A DNA stretch of 32,000 nt from Prochlorococcus marinus subsp. pastoris str. CCMP1986 (GTDB taxonomy: Bacteria > Cyanobacteriota > Cyanobacteriia > PCC-6307 > Cyanobiaceae), in the NCBI RefSeq assembly GCF_000011465.1, contig NC_005072.1, positions 1,620,001-1,652,000 of the forward strand, given 5' to 3'. The position numbers and the translations under genes were made by a program. A model generated the notes under the pieces. That model was not told where the DNA came from and did no database searches. It was given only the letters and a program-made list of their open reading frames with translations. Shown one piece after another: positions 19,494 to 29,574 of the stretch. The stretch's first letter is position 1; the number at the start of each line of letters is the position of its first letter.

Positions 19494-20348
19494 TCAATCA
19501 AAAACAGCGGTTTTGCTCTTATAAACAAATACTTGATGATTTAGATGTAATCTAACAGCCCTTGCCAAAGCAACTCTCTCTATGTCCCTACCTTTTCGAA
19601 TCAAATCATCAACTTCATCTCTATGACTTACATTGACAGTACATTGTTCAATAATTGGGCCCTCATCAAGATCTTTAGTTACATAATGTGCTGTAGCACC
19701 TATTAATTTTACACCCCTTTTCCATGCACGATGATATGGTTGAGCGCCCTTAAAAGCAGGTAAGAAAGAATGATGAATATTTATTATTGATGAAAACTTT
19801 TGCACAAAAGAATCACTCAAAATTTGCATATATTTAGCTAATACAACAAAATCGATATCAAATTGATCGATTAATTTTAAAATCTGATCTTCAACATCAG
19901 ATTTCGAGGAATTAACAGTATCAAAATAAACAAATTGTGAATTAAAGTCATTCGCAATACTTTCAAGATCAGGATGATTAGAAATTATTAATGGGACATT
20001 CATTTTAAGTTCGCCATTTCTTACTCGCCAAAGTAAATCAATTAAACAATGATTTTGTTTACTCACAAAAATAGCAACATTCGGAATCTCATCTGAATAA
20101 TTAATATTAAATTTTCCATTTATATCAACTGCAATTGTTTGAAACTTATCATAAATATCCTTTCTATTAATTGTTGTATGGATACTATTCCACTCAATCC
20201 TACTAAGAAATAGTCCCGCATCTTGATCTGTATGATGATCTGAATGCTTGATATTGCCACCATAATCGGATATCCAACTTGTAAGCTTACTTACTAAGCC
20301 TGGACGATCAGGACAAACAATTTTGAATATAATTGAGGGATGTTCCAA
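19494..20348 (-). CDS. purU: Formyltetrahydrofolate deformylase
   Basis: 284 aa. N-terminal ACT-like domain ('IVCPDRPGLVSKLTSWI') followed by a formyltransferase core ('INIHHSFLPAFKGAQPYHRA', 'GATAHYVTKDLDEGPII'). The start codon is TTG; the next Met is about residue 116. Confidence 0.93.
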   Translation of the reverse strand: MEHPSIIFKIVCPDRPGLVSKLTSWISDYGGNIKHSDHHTDQDAGLFLSRIEWNSIHTTINRKDIYDKFQTIAVDINGKFNINYSDEIPNVAIFVSKQNHCLIDLLWRVRNGELKMNVPLIISNHPDLESIANDFNSQFVYFDTVNSSKSDVEDQILKLIDQFDIDFVVLAKYMQILSDSFVQKFSSIINIHHSFLPAFKGAQPYHRAWKRGVKLIGATAHYVTKDLDEGPIIEQCTVNVSHRDEVDDLIRKGRDIERVALARAVRLHLNHQVFVYKSKTAVFD

Positions 20349-20396
20349 AGAAAATTTAATTGTTTAATCAAATAAGTAAGTACACCTAATATATCA

Positions 20397-23395
<2,999 letters not shown>

Positions 23396-23437
23396 TTAAT
23401 ATTCTCCATAATCGGTCATTGACGACATTATTGTTAC

Positions 23438-23466
23438 TCTGAAACGGGGTGTGGTTCCCGAACAGA
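23438..23466 (-). promoter_or_regulatory. GC-rich interrupted palindrome / stem-loop in the dnaK-aroE divergent spacer
   Basis: On the plus strand, TCTG aaa CGGG gtgtggtt CCCG aa CAGA. This gives two nested 4-bp complementary arms in an otherwise AT-rich 117-nt spacer. The strand and function (leader RNA structure or protein operator) are undetermined. Confidence 0.3.
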
Positions 23467-23497
23467 TTACAATTTTCCTGCAAAATTCTTCTTAATA

Positions 23498-24355
23498 ATG
23501 ATTACAAGTAAAACATCATTTCTTGCTTTGATTGGAAACCCAGTAAGTCATTCTTTGTCTCCAATTATGCAAAATGCAGCTATTCAATATTTAGGCCTTG
23601 ATTTAATTTATATGGCTATACCTTGTAAAAATGAAGACTTAGAAATAGTTGTTAATTCTATAAAAAAAATGAATTGTAAAGGTTTGAACATTACAATTCC
23701 TTTTAAGCAAAAAGTATTTGATATGTGTAGTGAAATATCTCCAGTTGCAAAGAAAGTGAAAGCTATTAATACCCTGAAATTAAACGATAATAAAAATTGG
23801 ATTGGAACAAATACTGATATTGATGGATTTATCTATCCTTTAAAAAATCTTAATTTAATAAAAAAGAGTTCATTAATTTTAGGTTCTGGAGGAGCAGCTA
23901 GATCAGTAATCCAAGGTCTAATAGAATTAAAATTATCAAAAATTACAATCATTTCACGAAAAAGAAATTCTTTAAATGAATTAATTACCAATTTTAAAAA
24001 TGATATCGAAATAAAAGGTTTGCTTAGTACTAATAACGAAATTAAAAATTTAATTCAAGAAACTGATTTAATAATCAATACAACTCCAGTAGGAATGAGC
24101 AATACCACTAATACTGATGAATTACCATTTGGTCAAGGTTTTTGGGATTCCATAAATTCCAAGACGATTGTTTATGACCTGATTTACAATCCTTCTCCCA
24201 CTCCGTTCTTAAAATTTTGCGATAAAAAAGGATGCATGACTATAGATGGTACTCAAATGCTAATTGCTCAAGGAGCAAAATCATTATCATTCTGGACAAA
24301 CGGATTAGAAGTACCTTATGAGGTTATGCATGATGCATTAAAAGAATATCTTTAA
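23498..24355 (+). CDS. aroE: Shikimate 5-dehydrogenase
   Basis: 285 aa. 'IGNPVSHSLSPIMQNAA', 'NITIPFKQ', 'NTDIDGF' and the NADP-binding 'LGSGGAARS' are present. Confidence 0.9.
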   Translation: MITSKTSFLALIGNPVSHSLSPIMQNAAIQYLGLDLIYMAIPCKNEDLEIVVNSIKKMNCKGLNITIPFKQKVFDMCSEISPVAKKVKAINTLKLNDNKNWIGTNTDIDGFIYPLKNLNLIKKSSLILGSGGAARSVIQGLIELKLSKITIISRKRNSLNELITNFKNDIEIKGLLSTNNEIKNLIQETDLIINTTPVGMSNTTNTDELPFGQGFWDSINSKTIVYDLIYNPSPTPFLKFCDKKGCMTIDGTQMLIAQGAKSLSFWTNGLEVPYEVMHDALKEYL

Positions 24356-24464
24356 TCAAAAAATTAAATGCTATTTATAAAGAATTTGACCTTGATAATG
24401 TATCGTAAGTAATGAACAGACGCTCATTAAGCATATTCTGAGCCAAAGACCTTGTCTGAAAATT

Positions 24465-24929
24465 ATGACTGATCAAATTTATTACGAAACAATGTACATT
24501 CTTCGTCCCGATATAGCTGAGGACGAGGTAACTAATCATATAGATAAATATAATAAACTTCTTGAGGAATCAGGGGGTAAAATCCTCGACAGTCAAATGA
24601 GAGGTAAAAGAAGATTAGCTTATCAAATAGCAAAACATAGAGAAGGTATTTATGTTCAATTAAGTCATCAAGGTGATGGCCAACACATTTTCAAAATAGA
24701 AAAAGCAATGCGTTTAAGTGAAGATGTTATTAGATATTTAACAGTAAAACAAGAAGGACCTTTACCTACGCCAAGATCTTCAAATAAAGGATATAATCAA
24801 TCAGAGAAAAAAGATATTGAGAGTATTGATTCAACTAATAAATCAGAATTTAAAGAGGAAGCTAATGATAAAAAAACGGCAACTTCTGAATCTACATCAT
24901 CTCAAGGTAAAGAGTCTCAAAAGTCTTGA
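24465..24929 (+). CDS. rpsF: 30S ribosomal protein S6 with an extended low-complexity C-terminal tail
   Basis: The N-terminal about 96 aa ('[10 protein letters not shown]...GKRRLAYQI...GIYVQL...IRYLTVK') match S6. The remaining about 58 aa are Ser/Lys/Glu-rich and look disordered. Confidence 0.9.
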   Translation: MTDQIYYETMYILRPDIAEDEVTNHIDKYNKLLEESGGKILDSQMRGKRRLAYQIAKHREGIYVQLSHQGDGQHIFKIEKAMRLSEDVIRYLTVKQEGPLPTPRSSNKGYNQSEKKDIESIDSTNKSEFKEEANDKKTATSESTSSQGKESQKS

Positions 24930-24932
24930 ACG

Positions 24933-26147
24933 CTATTTATTCTTTTTTGAATTTAATTCTGCCCATATTTTATTGGACATCCCCCACATATAAATAAATC
25001 CTTCTGCTTGCTTGTGATTAAAAATATCATCTTTACTATAAGTTGCCAAATCTTCCCTATAGAGAGAGTTATTTTGAGAAGAACGACCAATTACTATCGC
25101 ATTTCCCTTATGTAATCTTATTTTGACCTTACCGTTAACAGATGATTGAGTGGAATCAATAAAACCATCTAATGCTTGCTTGAGAGGACCAAACCAAAAT
25201 CCCTGATAAACTAATTGACCCCATTTTTTTTCTACTATATTTTTAAAATCTAATACATCTGGATTTAATGTTATGCTTTCCAATTCTTTGTGAGCTTTTA
25301 TAAGAAGTAAAAGGCCGGGCGCCTCATAGATTTCTCTGCTCTTAATACCGACAACTCTATCTTCAATCATATCTATTCTTCCAAAGCCATGTTCGCCTGC
25401 TAGAGAATTAGCCTTTTGAATAATCTCTACAGGACTTAAAAATTCATTTCCTATTGCAATAGGAAATCCATTTTGAAATATAATTTCTACGTCTTTTGGA
25501 GCATTTGGTGCGTTATTAATAGATGAAGTCATATCAAAAACGTCTTCATCTGGTTCTTGCATTGGATCTTCCAATAAACCAGCTTCAATACTACGACCAA
25601 GAAGATTCACATCAATCGAATAAGGAGACTTCTTAGAAACAGGAGCTGGAATTCCAAATTTTTCACCATACAAAATAGCTTCTTCTCTACTCATCTTCCA
25701 TTCTCTAGCAGGTGTAATTATCTGTAAATCAGGTCCTAAAGCATGAATAGCCAAATCAAATCTTACTTGATCATTTCCTTTTCCTGTACAGCCGTGCGCC
25801 ACTGCATCAGCATTTAGTTCTCTTGCTAAATTTACGAGATTTTCAGCTATCAGTGGTCTAGCCAAAGCAGTTGATAAAGGATACTTTTCTCCATAAAGTG
25901 CATTCGCTCTAATAGCAGGAAAAGCATACTTTTCTACAAAATTATCTACTAAATTCCCAATCACAGATTTTGTTGCACCTGAATTTAAGGCTTTTTGTCT
26001 AACAATCTCTAAATCATCTCCTTGGCCAAGATCAGCTACAAAAGTTACAACTTCTGAAATACCGTATTCATTTTTTAAATATGGAATGCAGACACTAGTA
26101 TCAACTCCTCCAGAATATGCAAGAACAACTTTTTTTACCTGCTGCAT
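24933..26147 (-). CDS. argG: Argininosuccinate synthase
   Basis: 404 aa. The N-type ATP pyrophosphatase motif '[10 protein letters not shown]' is present, plus '[14 protein letters not shown]' and '[11 protein letters not shown]'. The ATG is preceded by GGAGG with a 9-nt spacer. Confidence 0.97.
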   Translation of the reverse strand: MQQVKKVVLAYSGGVDTSVCIPYLKNEYGISEVVTFVADLGQGDDLEIVRQKALNSGATKSVIGNLVDNFVEKYAFPAIRANALYGEKYPLSTALARPLIAENLVNLARELNADAVAHGCTGKGNDQVRFDLAIHALGPDLQIITPAREWKMSREEAILYGEKFGIPAPVSKKSPYSIDVNLLGRSIEAGLLEDPMQEPDEDVFDMTSSINNAPNAPKDVEIIFQNGFPIAIGNEFLSPVEIIQKANSLAGEHGFGRIDMIEDRVVGIKSREIYEAPGLLLLIKAHKELESITLNPDVLDFKNIVEKKWGQLVYQGFWFGPLKQALDGFIDSTQSSVNGKVKIRLHKGNAIVIGRSSQNNSLYREDLATYSKDDIFNHKQAEGFIYMWGMSNKIWAELNSKKNK

Positions 26148-26156
26148 TAAAATTTA

Positions 26157-26161
26157 CCTCC
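26157..26161 (-). promoter_or_regulatory. Shine-Dalgarno sequence of argG (GGAGG)
   Basis: Plus-strand CCTCC at 26157..26161 reads GGAGG on the minus strand. It is followed by a 9-nt spacer (TAAATTTTA) and the argG ATG at 26147. Confidence 0.6.
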
Positions 26162-26166
26162 AGTAA

Positions 26167-26200
26167 AGAAAGCTGAAATCCTAATTACTTTCAGCTTTCT
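26167..26200 (-). promoter_or_regulatory. Perfect 12-bp inverted repeat (stem-loop, 10-nt loop) between the small membrane ORF and argG
   Basis: On the plus strand, AGAAAGCTGAAA (26167..26178), tcctaattac, TTTCAGCTTTCT (26189..26200). The arms are exact reverse complements. The 5' arm of the minus-strand RNA overlaps the TAG stop of the small ORF, and the 3' arm ends 5 nt before the argG GGAGG. The structure is certain; the function is unknown. Confidence 0.5.
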
Positions 26201-26384
26201 AAATTTTATTAAAAACTAATATTATTGTAACTACAAGTGCCGGACCACAAACTAATAAAAGTACAAGATAATTATTAATTAATAAAAAATCTGGCTTTAA
26301 AAAGCCATAGTATTTAAAAAAAATGGCTAACAAGACTGACATTGGCCAAATTAGAAAATATTTTAAATTTTCTTTATCAAACAA
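26199..26384 (-). CDS. Small hydrophobic protein of unknown function (two predicted membrane helices)
   Basis: 61-aa ORF if started at TTG 26384, or 47 aa from the in-frame ATG at 26342. Two hydrophobic stretches are present ('IWPMSVLLAIFFKYYGF', 'YLVLLLVCGPALVVTIILVF'). It fills an otherwise empty spacer in a genome with almost no non-coding DNA. I recognise no family motif. Confidence 0.4.
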   Translation of the reverse strand: MFDKENLKYFLIWPMSVLLAIFFKYYGFLKPDFLLINNYLVLLLVCGPALVVTIILVFNKI

Positions 26385-26438
26385 AATTCTTCAAGTACAT
26401 GTTTATGTATTATGGTATATAAATAAAGATTTTTTTAA

Positions 26439-26717
26439 ATGGATTCTAATAAACTCAAAATTAGATTAAACGAAATTGCTGAAGTAAATCCAGCCTTAAC
26501 TTGCTATCACAGAGAAGACCCTGCTCCTGTACTGCCATTAAGAGAAGAACCTGATTTGCTATCTTGGCTAGAAGACACAGGCAGACTTGTAAACGAAAAA
26601 GATGGAGATTCTCAAGAGATAAGTACAATTGAAGAAGAAGAACTTTCAGCTTTAATGGGAGAAAAAGAAGATTATAAAACCGAAGAAGACGTTTCAAATG
26701 ATGATTGGGAAGACTAG
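26439..26717 (+). CDS. Conserved cyanobacterial acidic protein of unknown function (DUF3134-like)
   Basis: 92 aa. 'NPALTCYHREDPAPVLPLREEPDLLSWLEDTGRL' resembles, from memory, the DUF3134 core. The C-terminal half is strongly acidic (E/D-rich). Its 3' end overlaps the mraY start by 20 nt. Confidence 0.6.
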   Translation: MDSNKLKIRLNEIAEVNPALTCYHREDPAPVLPLREEPDLLSWLEDTGRLVNEKDGDSQEISTIEEEELSALMGEKEDYKTEEDVSNDDWED

Positions 26718-27777
26718 ATCGCTAACTTTTACATCATTATTTTTTTTACTTGTAATTTCATTAATAGTAAATTCTTACATTTTCAATAGTTTACTAATAA
26801 TTAATATTTTTCTAATATCAAGTTTAATTTCCTTAGTAATAACAAAATATGGTTTTAAAATAATTTCACGATTAAATTTATTACAAAATATTAGAAGTGA
26901 AGGTCCATCTCTTCATTTTAATAAAACAAATACTCCTACGATGGGCGGAATATTTATTATTTTGCCCTTTTTATTACTACTTTTAATAGTTAATAATTAC
27001 GTTGATTCTGTTGGTATATTATTATTATTTTTTTGTACTATAAGTTTTTTTATTATAGGATTTTTAGACGATTATTTAAGTATTGCAAACAAAAAAAATG
27101 CAGGTCTAAAATCTAATGAAAAATTTACATTACAAGCTTTAATTGCAGTTTTATTTATCATATTTGCAAGTCAAAGCAATTATATTAATCCTTTGATCAC
27201 TATATCTAATAATTGGAATATGGATACTAATATAGTAATTTTTCCAATCTGTTTTTTAACTTTAGTAGGTTTAAGTAATGCAGTAAATTTGACTGACGGC
27301 CTAGATGGATTAGCAGCTGGATGTAGCGCAATAGTTTTTTTTGGACTTGGTACGGAAATATTTATTAAAGGTCAAAAAGATTTAATAATTTATGGTCTTA
27401 TTTCCTATGCAATGTCAGGTTTGTGTATAGGTTTTCTAAAATACAACAAATATCCTGCAAAGATATTTATGGGAGATACTGGATCTTTAACAATTGGTGC
27501 GGCGTTAGGATCTATTTCAATATTAACTAATAGTTTTTTTACGTTATTTATTATCTCAGGGATATTTATTACTGAAGCTCTATCAGTAATGATTCAAGTA
27601 AGTTTTTTTAAAATCACCAAAAAGTTATTTAAAAAAGGGAAAAGAGTCTTTTTGATGACACCAATACATCATCATTTTGAACTAAAGGGTATCAAAGAAG
27701 AGAAAATAGTTGAAAACTTCTGGAAAGTAAACATATTACTTATTGTTTTAGGTATAGTTTTAAAAATAAATCTTTGA
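26698..27777 (+). CDS. mraY: Phospho-N-acetylmuramoyl-pentapeptide transferase
   Basis: 359 aa polytopic membrane protein. MraY motifs are present: 'GPSLHFNKTNTPTMGG', 'GFLDDYLSI', 'NAVNLTDGLDGLA', 'MGDTGSL' and 'PIHHHFEL'. Confidence 0.95.
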   Translation: MMIGKTRSLTFTSLFFLLVISLIVNSYIFNSLLIINIFLISSLISLVITKYGFKIISRLNLLQNIRSEGPSLHFNKTNTPTMGGIFIILPFLLLLLIVNNYVDSVGILLLFFCTISFFIIGFLDDYLSIANKKNAGLKSNEKFTLQALIAVLFIIFASQSNYINPLITISNNWNMDTNIVIFPICFLTLVGLSNAVNLTDGLDGLAAGCSAIVFFGLGTEIFIKGQKDLIIYGLISYAMSGLCIGFLKYNKYPAKIFMGDTGSLTIGAALGSISILTNSFFTLFIISGIFITEALSVMIQVSFFKITKKLFKKGKRVFLMTPIHHHFELKGIKEEKIVENFWKVNILLIVLGIVLKINL

Positions 27778-27787
27778 ATTATTAAGT

Positions 27788-28051
27788 ATGAGTTTCTTTA
27801 CTTGGAAGGATGATGGCTTAACAAGTGACTGTGTCAGTCTTGATGCAATGGCATCTCGATTTGAAGAAACAGCTAAGCTAATAAAAAAATTATCTGAAAA
27901 AGGCTTTAAATTAAAAAAAACGCAAAAGCATCAGTTAATCATTCATTCTGATCCACAAATTTTTGATCAATGGGGTTTTATAAGTGAGGAACTACCTTTC
28001 AAACAACTTTCTTTAATTCCTGATGATGAAACTATTGTCGATTTTTCATAG
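27788..28051 (+). CDS. Hypothetical 87-aa soluble protein
   Basis: ATG-initiated ORF starting 10 nt after mraY. Its composition is non-repetitive and protein-like (amphipathic 'RFEETAKLIKKLSEKGFKLKK'). I recognise no family. Its last 85 nt are antisense to the 3' end of sps. Confidence 0.5.
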   Translation: MSFFTWKDDGLTSDCVSLDAMASRFEETAKLIKKLSEKGFKLKKTQKHQLIIHSDPQIFDQWGFISEELPFKQLSLIPDDETIVDFS

Positions 28052-29373
28052 TGGCCTTGCAAGATTGATAGATAATTTCTGACATGAGTATTCCAACTAA
28101 AATGTCTATGGACTCCTTCGATTCCATTTCTACTCCATAACTTCCATTGAGAACTATTTGAAATACCTTTTTCAAGAGCAATTTTCAACTGATTAATGTC
28201 AGTTACATTTACTAATAAGCCATTTTCACATTTTGCATGAATTTCATTAGGACCTCCATCATCTGTAGCAATAATTGGTAAACCACATGAAGAAGCTTCA
28301 AGTAATGTTAATCCAAAAGGTTCTGTTAATGCAGGATTGACAAAAATTCCTCCACTACTAGCTGCCCATCTATATATAGAAGGAATATTTGCTGGAGAGT
28401 GTTTTTTGGGATAGGCCACTTTTCCATATAAATTATATTTGTCTATCATTTCAAAAATCTTTTGGAAAACATCTCTTTGTTGAGAATCAAGTTTAAATGT
28501 ATTGTCCCTACAACCTAAAACTAAAACTAAGTTAGTTTTTCTTTTTAATTTTTCTGATCGTCCATAAGCTTCTACTAAAGAAGGAATATTTTTTCTTCTT
28601 ACTGCTCTAGAAATAGCCAAAATAGGAGGCTTTCTTATATCTTTCAAAAAAGGAATCATCATATTATCAATTTCAGAGGTCTCGGTTGTTGAATGAATAT
28701 GATGAAACTTAGTATGATCAACTCCAGGAGCAATAACTTTTGATTTTTCGGATGAAAAAGAGTGATATTGAGAATATTGAGATACAGATTCTTGTTTAGT
28801 GCTTGTCACAACGATATCCGCATATTTTAAAGACTCTTCTTCTGCATTAATTCTTTCGCTTATACAGTAAAGCTTTTCAATTTGATTAATTTTTAAACCA
28901 GCCTCGAGTAATTTTCTTTTTTTCTCTCTTCCTAAAGAATGCCCGGTGAAAATAAAAGGTACTTTTAAAGCTTGACTTAATCTAACGCCCACATAGCCAG
29001 CATCTGCATAATGAGCATGGATAAAGCTTGGCTTATTTTCGTATTTTTGATAATGCTGAATAAGATTTTGAGTTAATTCATCTAAATAAGGCCAAAATAA
29101 TTCTTTTCTTAAATACTTATTGGGTCCAAATTGAAATCTTAAAATTCGTGCTCCCGGTGCAATAAATTCTTGCTTTTTTGAATAAGAACTATCAATTTTA
29201 CTATCTTTAATGAGACGTGTAACTATATCAACTTGATCAACCTCTGAAGTATTAGCCAAGCTTTTTACCAATTCCAAAACATATTGCGTTTGACCACCAG
29301 TGTCTGAATCTCTACCTAATTCAAGATTATTAGAACGTATTAAACCATGCAAATGTAAATATAAAAATTTCAA
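27967..29373 (-). CDS. sps: Sucrose-phosphate synthase (GT4 glycosyltransferase domain only, no SPP-like domain)
   Basis: 468 aa. The N-terminus 'LHLHGLIRSNNLELGRDSDTGGQTQYVLEL' is the SPS/SuS signature. The GT-B C-terminal motif is 'NPALTEPFGLTLLEASSCGLPIIATDDGGP'. The start must be TTG 29373, because an in-frame stop lies at 29380..29382 just upstream. Confidence 0.88.
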   Translation of the reverse strand: MKFLYLHLHGLIRSNNLELGRDSDTGGQTQYVLELVKSLANTSEVDQVDIVTRLIKDSKIDSSYSKKQEFIAPGARILRFQFGPNKYLRKELFWPYLDELTQNLIQHYQKYENKPSFIHAHYADAGYVGVRLSQALKVPFIFTGHSLGREKKRKLLEAGLKINQIEKLYCISERINAEEESLKYADIVVTSTKQESVSQYSQYHSFSSEKSKVIAPGVDHTKFHHIHSTTETSEIDNMMIPFLKDIRKPPILAISRAVRRKNIPSLVEAYGRSEKLKRKTNLVLVLGCRDNTFKLDSQQRDVFQKIFEMIDKYNLYGKVAYPKKHSPANIPSIYRWAASSGGIFVNPALTEPFGLTLLEASSCGLPIIATDDGGPNEIHAKCENGLLVNVTDINQLKIALEKGISNSSQWKLWSRNGIEGVHRHFSWNTHVRNYLSILQGHYEKSTIVSSSGIKESCLKGSSSLIKPH

Positions 29374-29574
29374 ACTAATTTAGGATTTCAAATTACCCTA
29401 TTACTAATAAGATATATATTAACGTAGAAATATAAAGAAAACATTATGATTTTTTATTTTAAAAAAGTTATAACTACTAAAAGTCAAACTATCATTAATT
29501 TTTTACCACTTAAAAAAAAAATAATTTTACAAATTAAATATTAACAATACGAAGAAATATAACTGATTATAAGC

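Noticed and set aside
23445-23460. A resemblance of CGGGGTGTGGTTCCCG to a tRNA T-arm, raising the possibility of a tRNA gene or remnant in the dnaK/aroE spacer.
   Set aside because: There is no GTTCRANYC T-loop consensus and no acceptor, D or anticodon arms in the surrounding 117 nt on either strand.
26407-26420. An NtcA-like GTA-N8-TAT element in the divergent spacer between the small membrane ORF and the DUF3134-like gene.
   Set aside because: It is an imperfect match (TAT, not TAC). A TSS 41.5 nt from its centre would fall inside the coding sequence on the + side, and there is no convincing -10 on the - side.
29446-29544. A 32-aa ATG-initiated ORF (MIFYFKKVITTKSQTIINFLPLKKKIILQIKY) on the + strand in the sps/uvrA spacer.
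   Set aside because: Its composition simply mirrors AT-rich DNA (Lys/Ile/Phe/Tyr/Asn codons). It has no SD and lies on the opposite strand to both flanking genes. ORFs of this length are expected by chance.
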